The notes under the pieces were generated by a model. The model did not search any database. It was not told the origin of the DNA and saw only the letters and a program-made list of their open reading frames with translations. Source: Pocillopora damicornis (Eukaryota). From it: a DNA stretch of 64,000 bases. The position numbers and the translations under genes were made by a program. The stretch lies in the NCBI RefSeq assembly GCF_003704095.1, contig NW_020846178.1, positions 62,001 to 126,000 of the forward strand. The letters run 5' to 3'. Of this stretch, positions 14,515 to 27,105 are shown in pieces. The first letter of the stretch is position 1. Each line of letters opens with the position of its first letter.

Positions 14515-15828
14515 TTAAAAGAGGTAAGCGCTCTCAATGGAGTGCACTTCTGCACACCTCCATGATAAGCTTGTTGATATCTGAGTAATGACTTCGAACC
14601 GAGTAATCTGTCTTCAAACATCTCATAAAATACACTTCATGGCCCTCTCTGTATCGTTCAACTATTAATTTGCTATTCACAAGTACTGCGTAGTGTTTAC
14701 GATAAATCGAAAGCGGAAAAAATTATACCTTGTCTGTATCAACGTGTGCACATCTCCATATCGAGTAACTCTAGACATAGAGGGTCAAGTCAGAGTTGCT
14801 AGTCAGTAAAAAGGCTAAGATTGTTTTAAGGAAACTAGGATCATTGTAGGAACATAATTTTCGGTATTAAGACGTGTTCCTTTTTTTCCTTTCGCTTACT
14901 GTTTTGAAACCTGAGAACATCGATATAATTAAGTGGGAACTTTCTGCCAACCGTTCAGCACCGTTCAGCACCGTTCAGGATGAGAGCTTGATTATCATGT
15001 TAGTTAAGTTGCTGCTCATGGGGCTATTTTGAAGGGATCCAAGATTTTCTGAAGCACTTCCTGATATGTTTCTCACAAAAAATATCAGGTTTGACCATAG
15101 CATTTTCATTGATGCTACATCTCTCATCTCTGTTCAAGAAACTCGTGTTAGAATAGTTTGAACCTGTGGGAGATTGTTCAGTCGAGTCTTGTGTTTTAAA
15201 TCTCTTAGTTCTCGATAGGTAAATTCAAAAGGGTTGGGGAGGAAGCCCTTCCTAATAAAGTAGGCGTAAACATTGGAAACAAGGCTCTGGTGAATCGACA
15301 AGATCGGGTCACGCAATTGCGAAGGTGACTAGGATTACATGTAGTGATCTACGGTGCTTCTTCTCCAAGCCCCTTCGATAGCGAGTAATTAAAGCTTGAC
15401 TAAAAGAAAGTTGCCGGCACAACGATGCTTCTTAGAAACTTAAATCATGTATCTACGCTTGCTGTTAAAATTAGGTTGAGCATCAAGTCAGTTAGCTTTC
15501 TTGTAACGAAAGTATTTAAAAAATGTTTCCAGACTCTCTATTTCACTCATAAATATGTTTAAAAATTAACATAATGCTGGTTTGACCATAGTATCTTGAA
15601 AACATAGCCACAGCTGTCATCTTAATTTGCGCGAAATTTTACTGTGGCTGAATCATAATGCTCTGCATCTCAGAGTGATTGTTAGCTGGTTGAGTAATTT
15701 TAAATTGTTTCTCCCTTTTTTCCAATATCTCTTCTTAGAATGAATCATTTTGCAAGTTCTTGACTTGTGATTGCTCTAATTTTTAGGAATATCCTAAATT
15801 TACATCTTTAGACGAGGAAACCTTTAGC

Positions 15829-15852
15829 TTTTTTCATTTTTTACTTGTTTAG
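15829..15852 (+). promoter_or_regulatory. Probable 5'UTR intron acceptor about 20 nt upstream of the ATG
   Basis: A polypyrimidine tract plus TTTAG is conserved just before the ATG in copies A, B, C, E and F (and CCAG at 55558-55561 for H), implying an unseen non-coding first exon. Confidence 0.5.
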
Positions 15853-15871
15853 TAACCTTTCAAAGTAAGCC

Positions 15872-17070
15872 ATGACGTTCTGTCCCGAGTTTCAATTCGG
15901 TATTGATTTAGTGGAAGCCGCTATTGCTCAACGCCAGTTCCTGCGGATCGTTGATGATTATCCAAGTTTATACGCCGGTCCACACGTTCGAAATGCAATC
16001 AGAAGGTATGCTCTGTTCCTTTCATTGACAGTACTAAACAAGGAATTCTTGAGAAGACTGATCGAATGCAACCAATTGTTTTTATTTCATGAAATCTACT
16101 GCTTTGCTATTTTCTCAGTAACAAAAATCCCTCTTGCCTTAACTATTTCCTTTTCCTTTAGATATGAACTTTTCTGGCTGCCTTTGCTGGCTCAGAATGC
16201 CACTCGTATCAAGAAATGGTTTATTCCTTTGAACGTCGCAGCACCACTTGACATCGCCTGGGTGTTGCATGTGCACATGCTGTCCCCTGTCGATTACCAG
16301 AGGGACTGTAATGAAATTGTCGCCACTTTGGTGGATCATAAAATACTAGTCGGTGAGCAACGTGATAAAGGGCTTGTAAAGGCCAGGGCCCTATGGGAAA
16401 AGGTGTATCCCGAAGAACCTTTTGAAGTAGACCTGGCGGCCCCTGTTTGCGACGCGCCAGATTTCCAATCAAGAATTGAATATGACATCGAGGCTGCTTG
16501 TGCTCGACAGAGGGTTTTTAATTATCAGGTGTCCCTACCTCATTTTGCGGACAAGAGATTTTTGACCGAAGCAGTGAAGAGGTATAAATTGCATCTTTAT
16601 CTGAAGCAAAAAAATCCAGAATTGTTTTTTGTACCGTGCTATGACTTTGACCTTATTTGGCACGCACATCAGCTTAATCCATTAATCTACACACAAGACA
16701 CCACGGAAATCCTAGGTAAAGTATACGATCACAATGATTCAGTGAACGACCGACGGCCAGGCTCACAACTAAGCAAGTCTGAAACAGTAACACGAGAGAA
16801 ATGGAAAAACCTGGGCCAGATATTTGCACTAAATGGAGCCATGTTTCGCGGAGAGCCTCCTCATGGTACGCAGAAAGAATCCATTGATTACAGCTTGCAT
16901 GGAGCATTTGAGTACACCGTGGACTTGACCATGTTGGAAGTTGAAGGTCTCCCAAAATCGAAAACCTACACTGTCAAAATTGAAGATGTCAATGGCTCGC
17001 AAGTGCTAAAGGTGCAAGTTCGTGGACCTGCTGCAAGAGTTACAAAATCTAATGGTGTGTTATCAAGGTT
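15872..17070 (+). CDS. GRDP-like (DUF1399) copy B, 5' part: exon 1 15872-16005, intron 16006-16161, exon 2 16162 to gap at 17071
   Basis: Open frame with PLDIAWVLHVHMLSPVDY and FFVPCYDFDLIWHAHQLNPLIY...HNDSVNDR, the hallmark motifs of plant GRDP1/2-type DUF1399. GT-AG phase-2 intron at the same position in all copies. The 3' end is probably the minus-strand tail at 23095-23427. Confidence 0.85.
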
Positions 17071-17170
17071 NNNNNNNNNNNNNNNNNNNNNNNNNNNNNN
17101 NNNNNNNNNNNNNNNNNNNNNNNNNNNNNNNNNNNNNNNNNNNNNNNNNNNNNNNNNNNNNNNNNNNNNN
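17071..17170. other. Assembly gap of 100 N (partner gap of 100 N at 23428-23527; others at 9767-9834 and 32429-32709)
   Basis: Runs of N. Confidence 1.
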
Positions 17171-18124
17171 CAAATATCTGGCCCAGGTTTTTCCATTTCT
17201 CTCGTGTTACTGTTTCAGACTTGCAAAGTTGTGAGCCTGGCCGTCGGTCGTTCACTGAATCATTGTGATTGAATACTTTACCTAGGATTTCCGTGGTGTC
17301 TTGTGTGTAGATTAATGGATTAAGCTGATGTGCGTGCCAAATAAGGTCAAAGTCATAGCACGGTACAAAAAACAATTCTGGATTTTTTTGCTTCAGATAA
17401 AGATGCAATTTATACCTCTTCACTGCTTCGGTCAAAAATCTCTTGTCCGCAAAATGAGGTAAGGACACCTGATAATTAAAATCCCTCTGTCGAGCACAAG
17501 CAGCCTCGATGTCATACTCAATTCTTGATCGGAAATCTGGCACGTCGCAAACAAGGGCTGTCAGGTCTACTTCAAAAGGTTCTTCAGGATACAGCTTTTC
17601 CCATAGGGCCCTGGCCTTTACAAGCCCTTTATACCGTTGCTCACCGACTAGTATTTTATGATCCACCAAAGTGGCGACAATTTCATTACAGTCCCTCTGG
17701 TAACTGACAGGGGACAGCATGTGCACATGCCACACCCAGGCGATGTCAAGTGGTGCTGCGATGTTCAAAGGAATAAACCATTTCTTGATACGAGTGGCAT
17801 TCTGAGCCAGCAAAGGCAGCCAGAAAAGTTCATATCTAAAGGAAAAGAAAATAGTTAAGGCAAGAGGGTTTTTGTTACTGGGAAAATAGCGAAGCAGTAG
17901 ATTTCATGAAATAAAAACAATTGATTGCATTCGATCAGTCTTCTCAAGAATTTCTTGTTTGGTACTGTCAATGAAAGGAACAGAGCATACCTTCTGATTG
18001 CATTTCGAACGTGTGGACCGGCGTATAAACTTGGATAATCATCAACAATCCGCAGGAACTGGAGTTGAGCAATAGCGGCTTCCACTAAATCAATACCGAA
18101 TTGAAACTCGGGACAGAACGTCAT
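17171..18124 (-). CDS. GRDP-like copy C, 5' part: exon 1 18124-17991, intron 17990-17836, exon 2 17835 to gap; probably the same gene as copy D
   Basis: MTFCPEFQFGIDLVEAAIAQLQFL..., canonical splice sites and an open exon 2. Its 17171-17608 segment is the reverse complement of 23528-23965 with one difference that I found. Confidence 0.85.
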
Positions 18125-21100
18125 GGCTTACTTTGAAGGGTTACTAAATAGGGAGAAAATTAAAAGAAGCCTAAGGTTACGTCGACAAAAGATGTAATTT
18201 TTGGATATGCATGAAAATTAGAGCAATCACAAGTCAACAACTGGTAATTAAATAATTCATTCTTGAAAGAGATACAAGAAAAAGGAGGAAAACTATTTTT
18301 AATTATTTTAATCATTCAACTAGCGAACAATCACTCTGAGATGCAGAGCATTATGATTCAGCCGCAGTAAAATTTCGCGCAAATTTAGGTGACAGATGTA
18401 GCTATAGTCGAGATACTTTTGTCAAACCATTATCATTTTGCATGAGAAACATTCTTATAAGTGCTTTGGAGAGTCTGGAAATATTTTTGAAATACCTTCG
18501 TAACAAGAAACTTAACTGACTTGATGTTCAAACTGATTTCAACAGTAAGCGGTAGATACATGAATTAAGTTTGCTAGAAACATCGGTGTTAAATCAGTAA
18601 CTGATGGCAATGAAAAGACAAACGTTTCCTCATCCAAATTAAGATTGCACTGAGCTGCGCCATAGTTTTATCTGCAAATAATCCAGGCCTTTCCACAATC
18701 AACTGCCGGTAACTTTCTTCTGTCGAGCTTTAACCACTCGCTATCGACGTGGCTTAGGGAGGAAGCACCGTAGATCACTGCATGTATTCCTACATCACCT
18801 TCGCAATGGCGTGACTCGATCTTGTCGATTCACTAGGCTATATCCTTAAAAAGTGGATTCTATTTCCAACGTTTACACCTACTTTATTAGGAAGGGTTTC
18901 CTCCCTAGCCCTTTTGATTTGACCTATCGAGAAGTTAGAGATTCAAACTACACGACTCGACGGAACAATCACCCAAAGGTTCAAACTATTCTAAGATAGC
19001 CACACAAGTTTCTTGAACAGAGATGAGAGATGTAGCATAAGTGAAGATGCTATGGTCAAACCTGATATTTTTCATAAGAAACATATCAGGAAGGGCTTCA
19101 GAAAATCTGGAATCCTTTCAAAGTATCCCCATGAACAGCAAATCAACTAACATGATAATCAGCCTCTCATCCTAAACGGTGCTGAACGGTTAGCAGAAGT
19201 TTCCTCTAAATTGTATCGATGTTATCAGGTTTCATAACAGTAAGTCAAAAAAAAAAAAAAAGGAACACGTCTTCATACCGAAATTTATGTTTCTATCCTG
19301 ATCTTAGCCTCCTTAAAACAATCTTAGCCTTTCCACTGACTATTAACTCTGACTAGAGTTACTCGATATGGAGGTGTGTTCACGTTGATACAGTGTGTCT
19401 TTTTCTGCACCAAAACACATGGCTAATACAAAGAAGCGTGCTGCTCTAAAAGTGACTTTTTCTAGCTATTCCTGAAACAACTTGGGGAGGTGATACCTTT
19501 ACCCTCAAAAAATGTTCTAAGTTTGCTTTAAGCGCTTAAGATTTCCGAAATCACTCTTCCAACCTCTACTTCGATGGCTTGATAATTCGCAAAAGTACAT
19601 GATGTCACAAGACCAATATCGTAAGGAAATTGGAGTTTGTCTTTAATACTGCCACGTACTCGATTGAGTGCTTACCTTCTTTAAAACTGTAAATCTACCT
19701 TTCGTTTGCAGAATGAACTAATTGGAAGACCAAAGTATGGTCTTACTATGAAAATATCTCTCCTGAGACAAGAAACTCAAAGTATACGAAAAACTAGTCA
19801 GCCATAAAATCAAACATTAAGTCTTTTGTAGGCATATGGGAGTCTTTTATCAAGGTGACAGATGCGGCTTTACCAAAGACCCCTCAATGTCTGCCGTTGT
19901 TTCCCACCCTCTCAAGCCACTTAATGCATGACTCAGCTTAAGCGGATACGTAAACTGACTGAGAAAATACACTCTTGTTTTGCTCAATTTTCGAATTCCC
20001 AAAACCTTCAAACTCCTATTTTGCAAATTTTTTCACAATCTTCAAATAAACAACGGAAAAACTTGAAAAATGGCTGCGTTTACAGGTTATTTAAGATACT
20101 CTTACTGTAGAACACAAGGAGCTGAACACAGACAAAGTATAATTTTTCCGCTTTCTATTTGTCGTAAAAACCACGCAGTGCCAATGAATAGTAAGAGCTG
20201 AACGATACAGAGAAGGCCATGAAGTGTGCCCCATGAGATGTTTGAAGACGGATTGTTCGGTTTTAATTCCAAGTCGTTACTCAGATATCTGCAAGCCTAT
20301 TAAACTCTCTTTAATTTGTTTTTCTAATGTCTCTGCATTGACTTTCAATGTCTCATTTTCTTTATAAATTTCACATGTTCTTAGAACAATATTGAAAGGA
20401 ACTGGAAACTTTTTTTGTCTCCGAATCGATTGAGATAGAGCGCCTCGTCCAAGATGGTTGTCTTTAATATGCACGCACGTTGACACATTTGATAATTCGG
20501 ATTATTTAATTTCAATAAATGTATTCTATGACGAGAACTCCATATTCATAAGTATTTACCCAAAGGGACAGATGCTCAGATATTGAGACCCGTGAAACTA
20601 ACTAAACTAACTTGCGCAAAAGTGAAAAAAATGCGAGGTGATACAGATAAAACTAACATTCTTTATGAGAAACTGCACGAGATGTTCTTTAAAGAGTCGA
20701 AGAGCCATTTTGAAATACCCTCCTGAGCAGACACTTAACTAAAATAAACTCTTATCCATATCAAACGATTACTCGATATAACTGACTCAAGTTTCCGGGA
20801 AGCATGGAAGGAAAAACGATAAGCGAGAAAAAGGTTAGAAATAAAGTTTTCAAGTTACCTGAATGGATCTCTTTCCCTGAGCTTTAGTTTGCTGAGATAG
20901 ATTCCAGCCTTTACAACGCCAACTCTGACTTGATTACTTTCTGTCAAGCGTTAACTATTCGATATCAAGGTCCGTCATCGTCTACGTAGCAATTTAAGCT
21001 ATTAAGGCCATGAGTCAGCTTTTGTCAGGCTCTGCAGTCTTTTTGGCCCCTAATTGTTTTCCTGCTTATCGCAGATTGGTGCAAAATGCATGTAATACTC

Positions 21101-23094
21101 ATTAAATCTCTTTAAATTGTTTATTTGATAATAAACAAGGTGGTACTTTTTGATGTTAGCTCAGGCTGTCAAGGACGCGGTATTCCTTGCTGTGCACCAC
21201 GTGCATGTGAATCATACAAGGTTCGTGCATCATGATCTGACTATAATGACGCGAAAGGAAAAAAACTGACATTTTATTTACTCAACATTTTAGATCATTA
21301 CATTTAATATTTTATCGAAACATTTAACGTAGTGTCGACAATTCGTGACGAAGGGTGAAGTTATAACGACTTTGGATACATTGTTAAGGAGTGTTTCATG
21401 TGTCCATATTCCATACAAGGCAACCCTATTTTTTCTATCAAAAAACTTTGTGTCAGTAATAAAATTAGCAGTTTGAATAGAAGTTATTACAGTCTAACCT
21501 CGATTATCGGGACCTCGTATTATCTGTATTATCCTGGCAAGAAAGTTGGAGCATGCGGCTTCTTACGTATTTAAAAATGTAGCTTGATTTTGTAACAGAA
21601 AATAACCAAATAGTACTGAGACGAAACTATTCAAAAGCGCTGGATGTGAGTCAAATGTCAGATGCTAAGTTACAAGAATGGCTGAATAACAGCATTTGAT
21701 TCTACCTTATCAAGCTAATTATCCTCCAAAATGAGCCAAATCAAATATTTCTTGCTTGAAAGCCTTCGCCAGTCTTTCCACTCGGTATATTGTGGTTGGC
21801 AATCCTCCCATGGACTTCGGTATTTCTTAGAACATTAAGATATTACGTTAGTTCCGCAAAGTTTTAAATTAACATTTCCTTGTAAATGCGTACATTGTTC
21901 TGTTTCTATTGTTTGTTTTGGCCAATCAGCATTGGTTTATACACCTTGAATTCAACTTTGTACTTTGTATAAAACAGAACTTAAGATGACAGAAGAACTG
22001 TCGAAACATGTTTTTTAAAAGTGTCGTATACTTTCCTAAATTCGTTACATATCTACTGCTATCCACATCTATTCACACAACCATCAAATTAACAATGGAG
22101 GGAAGTTTTAACTGAGAAAGAGAAAGAAAACAAGAGAAAGTAAACAAGAACTATTAGAGAGAGTTGCGGAGCCACTTCGAAATACCGGTATCCTCTCGAA
22201 AAAAGAACTTAACTGACATGAATATTAATCCATATCAAATATTTACGAGAAACAATCGATCAGGTTGCCGGGAAGCCTGGAAGGTAAAAACTGAATTATA
22301 TTTGTCCGAGGAAAAAATTATCCCAAGCAACAATTGTGCTATGCTGGCGAAAAATGTAGCCAAAAAATATTTTATCGCGTAAAACTTCGCTAAATAACCG
22401 CAGTCTTCCTCGATTTATTTTCAGCGACAGCGTCAAACATTCGTCTACTGTTATTAACTGATAAAGTAAAGGATAGTAAAACTACATGAAAAACCATGAA
22501 TCGTTAGTGAATAACTAGCAAGAAAAATGTCTTTGTGCTTCTCGAATTAATTTTTTTTCTATCTTTGTGAATCACGACTCTCGATTAAGCGACAAGTTAG
22601 CATAACATCTATCGGGTAACAATCAACTATAAATTACATATTTGTGTGTTCTCTACTTTACCATTAAATCGAGATACAAGTGGATATTTTATGTTACAAC
22701 ATCATATTTTTGCTAATGTCCAGAGAATAACGTTGTATCCAATTAATTAAGTCTTATAAATCTTTGACTTATACATCTAACTTATGAGTACCCTAGAAAC
22801 ACTCGCAAAATCTCGCCGAAATACGGCGAAGTTCCTCAGTAAGTAATTGTGACAGTCCTATTTGGAAATGACGGCACAGAGGTTAAAGAAAATTACTCAA
22901 TACTATGCGCAAACCCAAAGATGCACCAGACTCGGTTTATGCGGGCATGTTCCCTTCTCTAAAGATATTTCTCTTACTTTCAAATTAGAACACAGTTTCA
23001 TGTCAGTGAGGGCAGGTCATAAAAATCTCTCTATTTTCATTTAGTTAGTAAGCAAGCCATAATCCCGTCAGCCACCACAGCCACAACCACAACC

Positions 23095-23427
23095 TCAGCC
23101 ACAGCCACAGCCACAGCCACAGCCACAGCCACAGCCACAGCCACCACATCCACCACAACCTCCACATCCTCCACAACCTCCACATCCTCCACAACCTCCG
23201 CATCCACCACCGCCACCATAGGCATCCCCAAGTTTGTAATTAACATATGCGTAGCTCGGTACAGTGGTGGCATAGAACCCTGCTGCGACTACCAGCGCCA
23301 GGTCTTCACAACGGATTCTGCGAGGTTTGTCTTCCTGGCTTGACGCCATAACTGATGGCTTCGTGTGGTCGGCCATTCTTGTCGAAGTGTTAGGCTGACA
23401 CAGAAGATGAAGGACAGCTATAGAGAA
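23095..23427 (-). CDS. GRDP-like exon 3 C-terminal fragment with Gly/Cys tail (probably the 3' end of copy B)
   Basis: ...[43 protein letters not shown]...GCGCG then TGA, followed by the same 3' flank module as copies D and F. Confidence 0.8.
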   Translation of the reverse strand, partial: FSIAVLHLLCQPNTSTRMADHTKPSVMASSQEDKPRRIRCEDLALVVAAGFYATTVPSYAYVNYKLGDAYGGGGGCGGCGGCGGCGGCGGCGGCGGCGCGCGCGCGCGCG

Positions 23428-23527
23428 NNNNNNNNNNNNNNNNNNNNNNNNNNNNNNNNNNNNNNNNNNNNNNNNNNNNNNNNNNNNNNNNNNNNNNNNN
23501 NNNNNNNNNNNNNNNNNNNNNNNNNNN

Positions 23528-26360
23528 CCCTATGGGAAAAGCTGTATCCTGAAGAACCTTTTGAAGTAGACCTGACAGCCCTTGTTTGCGACGTGCCAGA
23601 TTTCCGATCAAGAATTGAGTATGACATCGAGGCTGCTTGTGCTCGACAGAGGGATTTTAATTATCAGGTGTCCTTACCTCATTTTGCGGACAAGAGATTT
23701 TTGACCGAAGCAGTGAAGAGGTATAAATTGCATCTTTATCTGAAGCAAAAAAATCCAGAATTGTTTTTTGTACCGTGCTATGACTTTGACCTTATTTGGC
23801 ACACACATCAGCTTAATCCATTAATCTACACACAAGACACCACGGAAATCCTAGGTAAAGTATTCAATCACAATGATTCAGTGAACGACCGACGGCCAGG
23901 CTCACAACTTTGCAAGTCTGAAACAGTAACACGAGAGAAATGGAAAAACCTGGGCCAGATATTTGCACTAAATGGAGCCATGTTTCGCGGAGAGCCTCCT
24001 CTTGGTACGCAGAAAGAATCCATTGATTACAGTTTGCACGGAGCATTTGACCTCACCGTAGATTTAACCATGTTGGAAGTTGAAGGTCTCCCAAAATCGA
24101 AAACCTACACTGTCAAAATTGAAGATGTCAATGGCTCGCAAGTGCTTAAGGTGCAAGTTCGTGGACCTGCTGCAAGAGTTACAAAATCTAATGGTGTGTT
24201 ATCAAGGTTTTCATACAAAAAGAATAGCGGAAATTTGAGGGTAAGTGTTCTTATACAATTTTTTTTCTTTAATGTTTTTATTTCCATCAGGGCTTGAAAC
24301 TAGCTTTTTAATGAATTAGTGACATAATTGACACACCTGAAGGTTTTGTATAAACGAATAATAATAGGTAGTCGTATCTAGCCACAAGTCATATTACAAT
24401 CATAGGCTTTCCGCGGTGAGTAATCTTACTGAGGGTTGCCGAATTACTGAGAACATTAAGATTCATTAATGAAAAATTATACGAAATAATATCGTGATCA
24501 GGAAGTGGCGAGCAGGTCCATTATAATTTGACATGTGAGACATGGAAAAATCACAAGAAATAGTAACAAGCAGTTTTAGTGGTTTCATTATGGATTTTGT
24601 TTTTGTTAATCACTCACTGATTGCTTCAGATACGGTCAATCATTTTCCGCGGAAGAATGTGATCAAAAGTAAGGAAAAAGGCGAACAGTTTGCACTAAGT
24701 TACACGATAAGACGTGTTACTTATGAGCAAACTCTAGTTTGTAGGTGGATATTTTCAACTTGGAAAGATTTTTGTTGGGCGATGGAAAAGAAGAATGATT
24801 TGAGCGTAGAAGTAACAATCCTGGAAAGGAGTGTTTTCGTCAACCTATGAATACTACGACTTTTCCCTCAATTGAAATCTGATTATCACCGAACCTTAAG
24901 TCACAGTCACGGACAAAAATCTTTCCACGAACAACTCCTGCCTAAAATACTTCATCACATCTAATAAAACGTGCATTTTTTTTGGTTTACTTTGTTAGGT
25001 TCGTATTCAGCAACATGGGACTTGCTCTTGCTTTTCACATTTACTAGATGAGTCTGCAGAGTATTACTATGAGTCTGCAGAGTATTACTTCTCAGCCGTA
25101 TTCGGGGCCTTGGGAGTCTCCTACAAAAGTAACGTGGTGCCTCAACCGGAAACGCACGAGTTAACCATTGCTGGAAACTTGATTGTTCGGTTTACCACTG
25201 TGGTGCATCCACCTCAGCCAGATGAATACATTTTCACAGTAATGCCAAATGGGGATTTCAGCCCAGTCCGAGATGCTGCTTCCATTTTGAGCTCACCAGC
25301 ACTGTTCCTTTCGCCTTGTTCTTTGAACCAAACCCTGGCTTCTAGTGAAATGTCAATGCATCGGCTACTGGATTATAGGGGACGAGAAGCGTTTACCTGC
25401 CGAGTGATGCACTCCGCTGAGTTGCTGTTCTCCTCCATAGAGGTCATGAACCACGTCGATGAGGTTGTTAGCACCGCGCACCTTCTACGCGGAAATGTCC
25501 TTCCGACGAAGGAGCAAGTCGGCAAGCCTAGTTTTTGTTGCACTTTGAATGAGGCGGGAGGGGTAAGAGCCATATTGATTAGAGGTTGCAAAGACTGGGG
25601 CATCTGCATTGGCAAATGGAAAGGAGCTGTAAAGGGTGTCCCTGGTGTACCTGGAATAAAAGGGTCTGAAGGTAGTCCAGGTGTTAAAGGAACGCCTGGT
25701 GTGAAGGGCCAACCGGGTGATTTGTGCATCAAGTTCTTCTCATTGTCCGAAGCACAAGAGTGGAAAAGAGTGAAGAAACGGGGAGAAACCTTCAGGGTAA
25801 GTCTTAGCAAAAAAGAGATAGTCAACGTAAACCTTCGGACTGGAGTGATCTCTTTTCCATCCGCAGTAAGTGCCGTACCAGAAAGCATTGCACTGGGATT
25901 CTCTATAGCTGTCCTTCATCTTCTGTGTCAGCCTAACACTTCGACAAGAATGACCGATCACACGAAGCCATCAGTTATGGCTTCAAGCCAGATAGACAAA
26001 CCTCGCAGAATCCGTTGCGAAGACCTGGCGCTGGTAGTCGCAGCAGGGTTTTATGCCACCACTGTACCGAGCAACGCATATGTTAAGCACAAACTTGGGG
26101 ATGCTTGTGGAGGCGGAGGTTGTGGAGGATGCGGAGGTTGTGGAGGATGTGGAGGTTGTGGAGGATGCAGTAGCTGTGGTGGATGTGCTGGAAGAGGTGG
26201 ATGTGCTGGAAGAGGTGGATGTGGTGGAAGTGGTGGATGTGGTGGAAGTGGTGGATGTGGTGGAAGTGGTGGATGTGGTGGATTTGGTGGAAGTGGTGGT
26301 AGTGGTGGAAGTGGTGGATGTGGTGGATGTGGTGGCTGTGGCTGTGGCTGTGGGGATTAA
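23528..26360 (+). CDS. GRDP-like copy D, 3' part: exon 2 to 24240, intron 24241-24998, exon 3 24999-26360; about 811 aa when joined with copy C
   Basis: Open exon 2 ending SGNLR|GTAAGT. Acceptor TTTGTTAG|GTTCGT opens a 453-codon exon 3 containing a 21-bp internal tandem duplication (near 25049-25090), a collagen-like insert (25635-25718) and a Gly/Cys tail (26106-26357). Confidence 0.85.
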
Positions 26361-27105
26361 GGCCTGTTTACTAACTAATGATGAACTGAAAGGCTGAGGA
26401 ACGGAGGCACTTACCGATAAGTCCTCGAAAATAGAGGGATTTTTATGACCTGCCCTTACTGCATGAAACTTTGTTTTAATATGAAAGTAAGAGAAATATC
26501 TTTAAGGAAGGGAACATGCCCGCAGGAACCGAGTCGGGTGTTTCTTTGGGTTCGCGCATAGTACTGAGTAATTTTCTTTAACCTCCGTGCAGTCATTTCC
26601 AAGTGGGACTGCCACAATTATTTACCGAGGTACTTTGCCGTATTTCGGCAAGATTTTGCGAGAGTTTCTTGGATACTCTTAAGTTAGATGTATAAGTCTA
26701 AGACTGAAAACTTAATGCGAACGTACCAATGTACATTTTCAAATTGAAGACTTAATTAATTGGATACAACGTTTTTTTTTGGACATTAGCAAAAATATGA
26801 TGTAATAACATAAAATATCCACTTGTATCTCGATTTAATGGCAAAGTAGAGAACACACAATTATGTAATTTATAGTTGATTGTTACCCGATAGATGTTAT
26901 GCTAACTTGTCGGTTAATCAGGAGTCATGATTTATTAAGATAGAACAAAATAATAATTCGAGGAGCACAAAGACATTTTTCTTGCTTGTTATTCACTAAC
27001 GATTCTAGGTTTTACTAGTATTTGTACTATTCTTTACTTTACCAATTAATAACAGTAGATGAATGTTTTCGAAGTTGTCGCTGAAAATAAATCGAGGAGC
27101 ACTGT
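26361..27105 (+). repeat. Duplicated 3'UTR/downstream module; paralogs at 22290-23040 (-), 42827-43660, 52591-53365
   Basis: Shared GATTTTTATGACCTGCCCT..., GAAAGTAAGAGAAATATCTTTA and ATATCCACTTGTATCTCGATTTAATGG blocks. Confidence 0.9.

Larger units (their letters stand above)
13165..15871 (+). repeat. Duplicated upstream module of the GRDP cassette; paralogs at 18125-21030 (-), 27110-29410, 37985-39609, 45208-46495 plus 51296-52590
   Basis: Long collinear shared blocks, e.g. CACCTCCATATCGAGTAACTC, CCGTTCAGCACCGTTCAGGATGAGAG, GTGAATCGACAAGATCG and TTCTTGACTTGTGATTGCTC. Confidence 0.9.

Noticed and set aside
16006-16161. Stop-free 156-nt intron 1 read through in the 466-aa ORF (possible retained intron/exitron)
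   Set aside because: The same intron is 155 nt in C and F, 158 nt in E and 923 nt in H, so frame preservation is not conserved; canonical GT-AG sites are present.
17049-18124. Head-to-head inverted gene pair able to form a hairpin RNA with copy B
   Set aside because: Better explained by contig mis-orientation between two 100-N gaps.
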